NCBI GenBank assembly: GCA_016932755.1
Contig: JAFGCE010000057.1
Span: forward strand, 1 to 37,460
Source of the DNA: Candidatus Woesearchaeota archaeon
Lineage (GTDB): Archaea; Nanobdellota; Nanobdellia; Woesearchaeales; JAGWAF01
DNA: 37,460 nucleotides
Direction: 5' to 3'
The position numbers were made by a program, and so were the translations under genes. A model generated the notes under the pieces. The model was not told the DNA's origin, searched no databases, and saw only the letters and a list, made by a program, of their open reading frames with translations. Below are positions 1-7,428 of the stretch, piece by piece. Within the stretch, counting starts at the first letter, position 1. The number at the start of each line of letters is the position of its first letter.

Positions 1-2
1 TA

Positions 3-776
3 GAATGGGAGCTTTTCTCAAAAGCTGTGAAGTATTTCAAGAGGTTTGTGCATAAGGCAAGCGGGGCTTTTGCAAGGTACTGCTACAAAAGATGCCAGCT
101 TCTGCTAATACCATCATCTGATGTCGGAAGAATATTGAAAGAAAACAGGATAAAGACGCAGACAAAGGTTGTCCATCTTGGGGCTGATGTTGCAAAGTTC
201 ATACCTCCTATTGACAAAAAAAAGGCAAAAAAGCTTGTAAAAATAAACCCAAGATACAATGTAATCGGGTTCTGCGGGAGGATTGGAAGGGAAAAAGACC
301 TTCCGACATTGTACAACGCGTTCTCAAAGCTGAGCAAGATAAGGACAGACATAAAGCTGCTGATAGTCGGCAGCGGGCTGAAAGAAACTGAAAAGGCGCT
401 TCTGGAGGATAAAAACATTATTCTTGCAGGCTCAAAAGACAATGTTGTGCCTTATCTGCAGGCAATGGATATCTATGTTCTGCCGTCGCTTACTGAAACA
501 ACATCAATATCCACGCTTGAGGCAATGTCCTGCGGGCTGGCTGTCGTTGTAACGCCTGTTGGATATGTCAAGCATTATGTCAAGGACAATGAAAACGGGC
601 TTTTTTTCCCGAAAAAGAATTCAGGGATACTTGCCCAGAAAATAAACATGCTCCTGAAAAGCGAAAAGCTGAGGCTGAAGCTTGGGGAGGAGGCAAGAAA
701 GACAATTGTCCAGAAATTCAGCTGGGAAAAGACAGTGGAAGAGCTTGAAAAAGTGCTTGGCGGGGTTTCTAAATGA
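3..776 (+). CDS. Glycosyltransferase family 1 (GT4-like), C-terminal domain; 5'-truncated by the window edge
   Basis: The frame is open from nt 3, and the track's GTG at 27 is probably internal. GRIGREKDL...LIVGSG...VLPSLTETTSISTLEAMSCGLAVVVT...G matches the GT1 C-terminal Rossmann/E-x7-E region. The stop overlaps the next ATG (ATGA at 773-776). Confidence 0.8.
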   Translation, partial: EWELFSKAVKYFKRFVHKASGAFARYCYKRCQLLLIPSSDVGRILKENRIKTQTKVVHLGADVAKFIPPIDKKKAKKLVKINPRYNVIGFCGRIGREKDLPTLYNAFSKLSKIRTDIKLLIVGSGLKETEKALLEDKNIILAGSKDNVVPYLQAMDIYVLPSLTETTSISTLEAMSCGLAVVVTPVGYVKHYVKDNENGLFFPKKNSGILAQKINMLLKSEKLRLKLGEEARKTIVQKFSWEKTVEELEKVLGGVSK

Positions 777-1204
777 GGCTGTGGAGCCTGCACCCGAAAT
801 ATCTTGACTGCAAAGGGCTTGTCGCGCTTTGGAGGGAAGGGCTTCTTGCAAAAAAAGTTCTTCAGGGAAAGACAAAAGGATACAGAAGACATCCCCAGCT
901 CCAGAGATTCAGGGGGCAGCCTATAGGGGTTATTAATTCTTATTTGAATGAGATATGGAAAGAAGCTGAAAAAAGATGCTATAAATTTGACAGGAACAAA
1001 ATAGGCAAGCTGTCCAAAAGGAAAATAAGCCTGAACAGAGGTCAGCTGAAGCTTGAATTTGGGCATCTGAAGCAAAAGCTGAGGAAAAGGGACAGGAAAA
1101 AGTATATTGAACTGCAAAAAATAAAAGAGCCCAACCAGAATCCTGTATTTATTCTCAAAAAAGGTCCTGCTGAAAGCTGGGAGAAATCTAAATCTTTAGG
1201 CTGA
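773..1204 (+). CDS. Pyrimidine-dimer DNA glycosylase / endonuclease V-like protein
   Basis: The N-terminus MRLWSLHPKYLDCKGLVALWREGLLAKKVLQGKTKGYRRHPQLQRF matches, from memory, the conserved start of proteins annotated as pyrimidine dimer DNA glycosylase/endonuclease V. It has a 4-nt overlap with the upstream GT1 and a 17-nt convergent overlap with the smc 3' end. Confidence 0.6.
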   Translation: MRLWSLHPKYLDCKGLVALWREGLLAKKVLQGKTKGYRRHPQLQRFRGQPIGVINSYLNEIWKEAEKRCYKFDRNKIGKLSKRKISLNRGQLKLEFGHLKQKLRKRDRKKYIELQKIKEPNQNPVFILKKGPAESWEKSKSLG

Positions 1205-4200
1205 CTACATTAGAAAGCGAATGCTCGTTCATTGAGACTCCGTAAAGGTTGTCTGCTTCTGAAATCAGCGCGTCGTTGTGGGAAATCACGATGTACTGGG
1301 CGTTTTCTGTGTATTTCCTTATGAGTTTTGCAAGCTTCTCGCTGTTGTGCTTGTCAAGCGCAGCGTCAACCTCGTCAAGTATGTAGAATGACGCAGGCTC
1401 GTGCTCCTGTATTGCAAAGATGAATGCGAGGGCTGTCAGGGTTTTTTCCCCTCCTGAAAGGCTTCTTATGTCAAGGAACTTGTTTCCTGTCAGCCTGACA
1501 TTGACATTAAGCCCGCCTTCAAAAGGATTCTCAGGATTCTCAAGAGTAAGATGCGCCTCTCCTTTAGTTGACAGTGACGAGAAGATTGTCTGGAAGTTCT
1601 GCGCTATAACATTATATGTGTTCATGAAAAGGTCTTTTTTCTTGCTGTCTATCTCCCCTATGAGGTTAAGGACATCATCCTTTTCCTTTCCAAGGCTGTC
1701 CTTTTTCTTCAGCAGGGAGTTGTATTCCTTTTCAACAGACTCGTAGATTTCCAAAGCCCTCATATTGACAGAGCCGATATTTTCCCTCATTTTTTCAAAG
1801 TCGCTTATCTCCTTTTTCAGCTGCTCCTCGGGCTTTTTCATGTCAAGCTCAACACCCTCATACTGCGCAAACTCCTCGTTAATACCTGCCAGCTCAGCCC
1901 GGACCTTTGCCCTTTCCAGTGAGACTGTGTTCATCTCAAGCTCTTCTTTCCTGCTTGAATCCTCCTGCTTGTAAAGCTCGTTTTCATCAGCAGAGTTAGC
2001 CTCGTTCAGCTTGTTGATTGTGTCAAACAAGCCCTTGAATTTTGTCTGGAACTCTTTCTGCTTTTCCTCCATCTGCTTCAGGATAGACTCCCTCTGCCTG
2101 ATAATCTCATTAAGGTCTTTTGTTTCAGACTTGAAAGCATCCTCTTCCTTGTCAATATCCTTCAGAATCTTTGAAGTGTTGTCCATGTCCCTGCCGAGAA
2201 TCTCATTTACCTGCATGTCTATGTTCTTTGATTCAGAATCAATCCTGAAAAGCTCCTCAGTAAGCTGCCTTCTCTTTTCATCAAATGAGTTCAGCTCGGC
2301 TACAAGAGTCGGCTTTCTCAGCGCGCTTACTTTTTCCTTAAGCTGCTGCTTCCTGATTTTCAGGTCTGCAAGCTCCCTGTTCATTTCAGAAATCTTGTTT
2401 AGGGCTTCATCAATCTTTTTTGAAGTCTCCTCAATCTTTTCCTTTGACTTCTCCTTTATTGCCTTTGAAGCCTCAAGGTCGCCGGATTCAAGGTGAAGGC
2501 TCCTCTCGGATTTTATTATCTCGCCCTCAATGCCTGCCTTGAACTCCCTCATCTTTGTTATTTCTTCCTCGTTTGCCGCCTTCTCCCTTTCAAGCTTTGA
2601 AAGCGAAGCCTTGACTGAATCTGCCTTTTCATTAACATCTTTTATGTTTCCTGAAATTTCCTTTTCCTTGAAGCCTGAGCCTGCTTTTTTCTGCCTGTAC
2701 CCACCAATCATCGCTCCGCTCTGCTCAGCTACATCTCCGTCAATAGTAACCATTTTTGCCGAGCCGATGCCTATCCTTCTTGCCACCTCAATGCTGTCAA
2801 CAACAACAGTTTCCCCGAAAACATACTTGAATACGTTTTTGAACTTTGGCTCGAAATCAACAAGCTCAATAGCAAAGCCATGAACCCCGTCTGTTGACTT
2901 AATCTTTTTTGAGGCCGGAGATTCCTCGGACTTTATCTTGTTCAACGGAAGGAATGAAGCAACGCCAAACTTGTTTTCCTTCAGGTATTTGATGCATTTT
3001 GCAGCGACAGCGTCATTCTCAACAACAATGCTGTTTATTTTTCTTCCTGCCGCAATGCCAAGCGCTGTTGCATATTTGGACTTGACTTCCCCCAGGTCTG
3101 CAACAGTGCCGTAAACAGGAGCGCCGAACTTTGCCTTGTTTTCAAGAATCTTCTTTATTGCTATGTTTTCAGCTACCTTTTCCTTGGCGACAATATTCCT
3201 TGCCTCAAGCCTTGCAAGGTCTTCTGTCAGCTTGACAAGCTCTTTTCTCAAATCAGCTATTTTCGCAGCATTTTCGCTGTCAGCATTCAGAAGCTCGTTT
3301 AGTTCAACTGTAGCTTTCTTGAATTCTGTCTTTTTCTGCTTCAGCTTTCCAAGGTCTTCCTTGTGCTCCTTTTCAATCTCAAGGACTTTGGTTATCCTTT
3401 CGTCCATCATCTGGACCTGCATCTCAAGCCTGTCTTTTTCCCTGAGAAGGTCCTGCTGCTCTTCCCTCAGCTTGTGGACTTTTTCCTGCTTTTCCTCTGC
3501 CTTCTTGTCTAAATCATCAATCTCCTTGCTGATGTCTTCCTGGTCATCCATATTGTGCTTTTTCTTGAAATCACCGATGCTTTTCTCAATCTTTTTTCTC
3601 TGCTCCTCAATAACTCCCTTTCTCTGCTCAAGCTCGCCCTTCTGCTTGTTCAGGGAATCTATCTTTTCCTTTATTTCATCAAGGTTTTTCTGGAGCTGCT
3701 CCCTTCTCTGGTTTATCCTTGCAACCTCGTTGTTGCAGTTTCCCACCCTTGTTTTTGATGTGGCAATCTCAACCCTCAGCTTTTCAAGCTCCTTCTGCAA
3801 AGTAACCTGCTCAACTTCGCCCCTTTCCTCTGCTTCTTTTGAGATTCTTTTTATCTCTTCCTTTCTTGCAGAAATTCCGTCCTTAAGCTTCCTTATTTGG
3901 GCGTTGAACTTGTCAAGCTTTGCCTTTTTCTTGTCAAGCTTTTCCTGCAGCTTGCCTGAGACTTCCTCTCTCTTGTCAATCTGCCTTTTGAGGTATGATG
4001 CCTTGTTCTGCTTTATCTGGTCGTTCAGGTTTTTGTATTTCAGGGCCTGGTCCCTTTCCTTTTTCAGCTCCTTGAGATAAGCCTGCCTTTCTTTCAAAAC
4101 AATCTCTGCTTCTGTCAGCTTTTCATCAACCTTTTCAAGCTCCTTCAGCGCTTTCTGCTTCTTTTCCTCATAAACCGAGATTCCTGCTATCTCCTCAACT

Positions 4201-4682
4201 ATCTGCCTTTTCTCAACAGTCGGCATCTCAACAAACCTTATGATATCTCCCTGCAGGATAATATTGTATCCATCAGGGTCAATTTTAGCGAGGGACAGCA
4301 AATCAAGAATCTGCTGTTTTGTCCTTGTCTTGTTGTTGATTTTGTACTTGCTCTGGCCGTTGCTCCTGACTATTCTTGAGATTTTCACAACAGGCTCTTC
4401 TGTTGGGAAGATTTTTGTGCCGTTGTCAAAGTAAATGCTTACCTCCCCGTCTTTTGCAGGCTTTTTCAGCTTTCCGCCGTTGTAGATTAAGTTTGAGCTT
4501 TTTTCAGCCCTAAGCCCCTTTGCAGAGCCTTTCCCAAGAACAAAGCAGAGAGCGTCAAGGACATTGGATTTGCCTGAGCCGTTCGGACCGAGGATTACAT
4601 TAAACTCATCTCCAAAGAGAATTTCTGTCCTTTTTCCAAAGGACTTGAATCCGTTCATCACTATTTTGTTTATCTTCGTCAC
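1188..4682 (-). CDS. smc: SMC chromosome segregation ATPase
   Basis: 1164 aa with N-terminal Walker A GPNGSGKSN and long K/E-rich coiled coils around a hinge. The C-terminus has the signature LSGGEKTLTALAFIFAIQ and Walker B FYILDEVDAALD. GTG start about 30 nt from a TTTAAATA box. Confidence 0.95.
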   Translation of the reverse strand: MTKINKIVMNGFKSFGKRTEILFGDEFNVILGPNGSGKSNVLDALCFVLGKGSAKGLRAEKSSNLIYNGGKLKKPAKDGEVSIYFDNGTKIFPTEEPVVKISRIVRSNGQSKYKINNKTRTKQQILDLLSLAKIDPDGYNIILQGDIIRFVEMPTVEKRQIVEEIAGISVYEEKKQKALKELEKVDEKLTEAEIVLKERQAYLKELKKERDQALKYKNLNDQIKQNKASYLKRQIDKREEVSGKLQEKLDKKKAKLDKFNAQIRKLKDGISARKEEIKRISKEAEERGEVEQVTLQKELEKLRVEIATSKTRVGNCNNEVARINQRREQLQKNLDEIKEKIDSLNKQKGELEQRKGVIEEQRKKIEKSIGDFKKKHNMDDQEDISKEIDDLDKKAEEKQEKVHKLREEQQDLLREKDRLEMQVQMMDERITKVLEIEKEHKEDLGKLKQKKTEFKKATVELNELLNADSENAAKIADLRKELVKLTEDLARLEARNIVAKEKVAENIAIKKILENKAKFGAPVYGTVADLGEVKSKYATALGIAAGRKINSIVVENDAVAAKCIKYLKENKFGVASFLPLNKIKSEESPASKKIKSTDGVHGFAIELVDFEPKFKNVFKYVFGETVVVDSIEVARRIGIGSAKMVTIDGDVAEQSGAMIGGYRQKKAGSGFKEKEISGNIKDVNEKADSVKASLSKLEREKAANEEEITKMREFKAGIEGEIIKSERSLHLESGDLEASKAIKEKSKEKIEETSKKIDEALNKISEMNRELADLKIRKQQLKEKVSALRKPTLVAELNSFDEKRRQLTEELFRIDSESKNIDMQVNEILGRDMDNTSKILKDIDKEEDAFKSETKDLNEIIRQRESILKQMEEKQKEFQTKFKGLFDTINKLNEANSADENELYKQEDSSRKEELEMNTVSLERAKVRAELAGINEEFAQYEGVELDMKKPEEQLKKEISDFEKMRENIGSVNMRALEIYESVEKEYNSLLKKKDSLGKEKDDVLNLIGEIDSKKKDLFMNTYNVIAQNFQTIFSSLSTKGEAHLTLENPENPFEGGLNVNVRLTGNKFLDIRSLSGGEKTLTALAFIFAIQEHEPASFYILDEVDAALDKHNSEKLAKLIRKYTENAQYIVISHNDALISEADNLYGVSMNEHSLSNVVSLKI

Positions 4683-4765
4683 TTTTATTCTATTTGATGT
4701 AGAATCATTTGATATTTAAATTATGCGGTTGGGTTTGGGCTGTTTTCACCACTAAAATCAACAAA

Positions 4766-5422
4766 TCAGAACTCTCCAAGCTGTTTCTGCTCTTTTGCCT
4801 TTGCAACGTTCTTGTATGAAGCCCATGTCTGCCTGAATATCTCAGGAAACCTGCTCCAGTTTTTCTTCAAAAAAAGCTGGGTTTTCTCATCAGAAGGATA
4901 GCCTGAGCCGAAGTCAATCCCTATGCTTTCCTTTATTTTCTCAATTTCCCTGTCCCTTGTAACCTTGGCTATTATGGATGATGCTGCAACAACAGTGTAC
5001 TTGACATCAGCCTTGTGCTCTGCAACCAGCTTAAGCTTTTTGTTTTCGAGATTTTTCCTTATCTCGGCAGCATAAGCAGAAGTGTTGTTGCTTGGGCAGT
5101 CCAGCAAAGCCTTGTCAGGCTTCAGCTTGTTTAAAATCTTTGCAGAAGTTTTTGCCTCAAGCTTGTTCAGGTTTGAGTTCGGGTCTCTTAATGCATCGTC
5201 AATTTCCTGAGCTGAAATTATGACAACCTCGTACTTCTTGACCATTGCCTTAATCTGGTCAAACAGTATTTCCCTTGTGCGGGGAGTCAGCAGCTTGGAG
5301 TCTTTTGCGCCGATGCTCTTTAGTTTAATTTCGTCCTTTTCATCAACAAGAACCCCGCACATCACCATAGGTCCGATTACAGGACCTCTTCCTGCCTCCT
5401 CAACACCGGCTATCATGACCAT
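4766..5422 (-). CDS. rnhB: Ribonuclease HII
   Basis: IAGVEEAGRGPVIGPMV and DSKLLTPRTRE motifs; 218 aa, typical archaeal RNase HII length. Confidence 0.9.
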   Translation of the reverse strand: MVMIAGVEEAGRGPVIGPMVMCGVLVDEKDEIKLKSIGAKDSKLLTPRTREILFDQIKAMVKKYEVVIISAQEIDDALRDPNSNLNKLEAKTSAKILNKLKPDKALLDCPSNNTSAYAAEIRKNLENKKLKLVAEHKADVKYTVVAASSIIAKVTRDREIEKIKESIGIDFGSGYPSDEKTQLFLKKNWSRFPEIFRQTWASYKNVAKAKEQKQLGEF

Positions 5423-5433
5423 AGAATTATTAT

Positions 5434-6024
5434 TTATCTGAAGATATTTAAGATTTTTGAAAAAAACATGGAAATCCAGGATGGCCCCCTTTCAGAAAGA
5501 GGGACATAATGGTACTCAAGATGCTCTATCTCAACTGTTGTGCCCTCGTCTACAAGGAAAAATATGTCTATCTTGTCCATGTCATCTATTTTAAGATAGC
5601 ATGTGTCTATGCATTCGCTTGTGAAACTTATCTCGCCTGTATTGTTTGTGCTTCCTGTGTCCAGAACAGCGCTGCCTGTAAGCGCATTTTCAACATCTGC
5701 AAACATGTCTGTTATTGTCTCTGCAATGCCGTCTTTTCTTTCGTTATAGCTGAATATTTCAAGCCCTGTGCCGTTGTAGTCCATAACAGCCATTGCCCTT
5801 CCAGGGCCTATGACCTTTCCGCAAAGCTTGACAGAAATCAGCTCTGAGCCTTCAGGCAGGGCAAGGTCAAATGTCTGCATCTGGCTTTTGTCCAGCACAA
5901 GATTCAGGTTCAGGCGCTTTTCATTGAACTTCCCAGGAACAAATCCTGTAATTTTGGTAAATGCTGCTGCAGAAGGAGCTAGCAAAAGAATAAGTACAAT
6001 TAATATTAGCGTTCTCCTTGGCAT
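5434..6024 (-). CDS. Hypothetical secreted or membrane-anchored protein
   Basis: N-terminal signal/anchor MPRRTLILIVLILLLAPSAAA with no recognizable domain. It ends 11 nt upstream of rnhB on the same strand. Confidence 0.55.
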   Translation of the reverse strand: MPRRTLILIVLILLLAPSAAAFTKITGFVPGKFNEKRLNLNLVLDKSQMQTFDLALPEGSELISVKLCGKVIGPGRAMAVMDYNGTGLEIFSYNERKDGIAETITDMFADVENALTGSAVLDTGSTNNTGEISFTSECIDTCYLKIDDMDKIDIFFLVDEGTTVEIEHLEYHYVPLSERGPSWISMFFSKILNIFR

Positions 6025-6128
6025 TTTGCCTCTTTTTATTAAAGTCGCCAGTTTAATATAAAAGCTTTATGCTTGTATGGGGCATTTTTCCGGCAATAAT
6101 AGAAAACTATATAAATTTAAACAAAAGA

Positions 6129-6476
6129 ATGTTTCCCATGAAAGAAGAGGTAATCCAGTTTATCGGAGTAAAGGACTTGAGCGATGAAGAGCAGGCAACT
6201 GTAAACATGCTTTCTACAGAATATTACGGAAAGATAAAGAGAAGCCTCAAGAATCTTACATCGCTTGCAGTCCAGGTAAAAACATACCAAAAAGAAGGAG
6301 CCAAGAAAAAATATTCAGTCAATGTGAGGGTTATTGCTCCGACACATATTATTGAAGCTGACAAGGCATCTGACTGGGACCTTGCAAGAACCATGCACAA
6401 GGCTTTCAAGAATATCGAGCACGAGATTGAGCACAAATTAAAGGTTAGTTCTCAGAAACCAAGGGGATATGAATAA
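6129..6476 (+). CDS. HPF/RaiA (ribosomal S30AE)-like putative ribosome hibernation factor
   Basis: About 115 aa with a pattern consistent with a beta-alpha-beta-beta-beta-alpha fold. The C-terminal helix DLARTMHKAFKNIEHEIEHKLK resembles the bacterial HPF/YfiA helix D-x-Y-A-A-I-D-x-x-x-D-K-L-E-R-Q-L-x-K. The start is moved from 6069 to ATG 6129 (alternative 6138), downstream of the TATATAAAT box at 6108-6116. Confidence 0.4.
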   Translation: MFPMKEEVIQFIGVKDLSDEEQATVNMLSTEYYGKIKRSLKNLTSLAVQVKTYQKEGAKKKYSVNVRVIAPTHIIEADKASDWDLARTMHKAFKNIEHEIEHKLKVSSQKPRGYE

Positions 6477-6564
6477 ATAATAATATAATAATAGCAATGG
6501 GTGGGTATAAATCAGTTCTTTCGCCAACTGGGAGCGAAATGGGTTTCGCTGCGCTCAAGCCCAT

Positions 6565-6575
6565 AAAGAAAAAAT
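6565..6575 (-). terminator. Oligo-T tract immediately 3' of tRNA-Met
   Basis: The minus strand reads ATTTTTTCTTT directly after the discriminator base. Archaeal RNAP terminates at such T-runs. Confidence 0.5.
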
Positions 6576-6649
6576 AGCGAGGGGTGGATTTGAACCACCG
6601 ACCTGAGGGTTATGAGCCCTCCGGGCACTCCTGGCTGCCCTACCTCGCT
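6576..6649 (-). tRNA. tRNA-Met (anticodon CAT), initiator-like
   Basis: Hand-folded 74-nt cloverleaf: AGCGAGG-TA-GGGC-AGCCAGGAGT-GCCC-G-GAGGG-CTCATAA-CCCTC-AGGTC-GGTGG-TTCAAAT-CCACC-CCTCGCT. The A1:U72 pair and three G:C pairs at the base of the anticodon stem are archaeal initiator hallmarks. No encoded CCA. Confidence 0.85.
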
Positions 6650-6674
6650 GTATAATCCAAAGGATAAGAAGTTC

Positions 6675-6683
6675 ATTTAAAAA
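6675..6683 (-). promoter_or_regulatory. TATA-like box for tRNA-Met
   Basis: Minus strand reads TTTTTAAAT, centred about 30 nt upstream of the tRNA 5' end. Confidence 0.5.
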
Positions 6684-6723
6684 TGTTGTGGTGATTAGGA
6701 AACTGCCTTCTTTTTTCAGAAAC

Positions 6724-6732
6724 TTTTAAAAA
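6724..6732 (+). promoter_or_regulatory. TATA-like box for tRNA-Ser
   Basis: TTTTAAAAA centred about 31 nt upstream of the tRNA 5' end. Confidence 0.5.
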
Positions 6733-6758
6733 CAAGTGCGGATATCATACAGGATATT

Positions 6759-6842
6759 GCCACCGTCGCATAACCTGGTATTGCGCAGGATTGCTAATCC
6801 TGTTTCCTTCGGGATATCTGGGTTCAAATCCCAGCGGTGGCG
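6759..6842 (+). tRNA. tRNA-Ser (anticodon GCT), class II with long variable arm
   Basis: Hand-folded 84 nt: GCCACCG-TC-GCAT-AACCTGGTA-TTGC-G-CAGGA-TTGCTAA-TCCTG-[TTTCCTTCGGGATAT]-CTGGG-TTCAAAT-CCCAG-CGGTGGC-G. The variable arm has a UUCG-capped stem. Confidence 0.9.
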
Positions 6843-7345
6843 TTTGATTTTTTCAAGAATTCTCTGCATTTCTCGACAGTTTCGTCGTAGTATGTGTTAA
6901 GCAGGTTTATCTTTCTCTTTTTTATGAACTTCTCAACTTCCTTCATGTAGCTCCTTTTTGTGCTTGGAAACTGCCTGCAGCTTGCAGGCCTTTTTTCATA
7001 TACAGTGCATAAATTTTTTTTGTAGAACGGGCAGGAATCATGGTTCAAGTAATAATCATAGACTATTACCTTATTGTTGTCCTTGTCATAAATCAGCTTG
7101 TTGGGGAGTACTTCAAGATTTATGCCGAGCTTTTTTGCCTCGTTTTTCAGCACTCTTGCCTCTTCAGGGCTTAATGCAAGATAAAATTTTCTTAATGTCC
7201 TTATGTAAACAACCCCTACTTTGTTGAAAATATGCTTCTTAAGCTTAAGCTCCTCATCCTCAGTCAAGTCTATTTCCTTTCCGAGGTTTGTACAGCACCA
7301 CCCGCACCTTTTGCAGACTTTCTCATTGCATGATGTTTTTTCCAT
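6824..7345 (-). CDS. YkgJ/UPF0153-family Cys-cluster (CxxCxxCC) putative Zn/Fe-binding protein
   Basis: CKRCGWCC near the N-terminus, with a C-terminal SCPFYKKNLCTVYEKRPASCRQFP motif. The last 19 nt overlap the 3' end of tRNA-Ser on the opposite strand. Confidence 0.7.
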   Translation of the reverse strand: MEKTSCNEKVCKRCGWCCTNLGKEIDLTEDEELKLKKHIFNKVGVVYIRTLRKFYLALSPEEARVLKNEAKKLGINLEVLPNKLIYDKDNNKVIVYDYYLNHDSCPFYKKNLCTVYEKRPASCRQFPSTKRSYMKEVEKFIKKRKINLLNTYYDETVEKCREFLKKSNATAGI

Positions 7346-7369
7346 GAATCCAATTGAATAAGCAAATCC

Positions 7370-7378
7370 ATATTTAAA
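7370..7378 (-). promoter_or_regulatory. TATA box (ATATTTAAA) about 29 nt from the ykgJ-like ATG; implies a leaderless transcript
   Basis: Sequence and spacing only. Confidence 0.4.
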
Positions 7379-7395
7379 GATGATGTATCAGAAAT

Positions 7396-7404
7396 ATATT
7401 TAAA
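7396..7404 (+). promoter_or_regulatory. TATA box (ATATTTAAA) about 29 nt upstream of the transglutaminase-like ATG at 7429
   Basis: Sequence and spacing only. Confidence 0.4.
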
Positions 7405-7428
7405 TACAGCAACCAAAAATAAATAAAA

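Noticed and set aside
575-1117. 180-aa and 84-aa minus-strand ORFs overlapping the GT1 and endonuclease V-like genes
   Set aside because: They have Phe/Ser/Pro-rich shadow composition and span a gene junction. The plus-strand products have recognizable conserved motifs.
1420-4434. Series of plus-strand ORFs (up to 314 aa at 3136-4080) inside the smc locus
   Set aside because: They are Ser/Phe/Leu-rich low-complexity translations, the expected antisense shadow of a K/E-rich coiled-coil gene. SMC on the minus strand has unambiguous motifs.
6759-7345. tRNA-Ser as the attachment site of an integrated element
   Set aside because: I saw no integrase gene and no second copy of the tRNA 3' half anywhere in the window. 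Flanking genes look like ordinary chromosomal genes.
7379-7400. Possible C/D-box sRNA (GATGATGT...) in the ykgJ / transglutaminase spacer
   Set aside because: The C box is imperfect (TGATGT rather than TGATGA), no properly spaced CTGA D box or terminal stem is present, and the region is better explained by two divergent TATA boxes.
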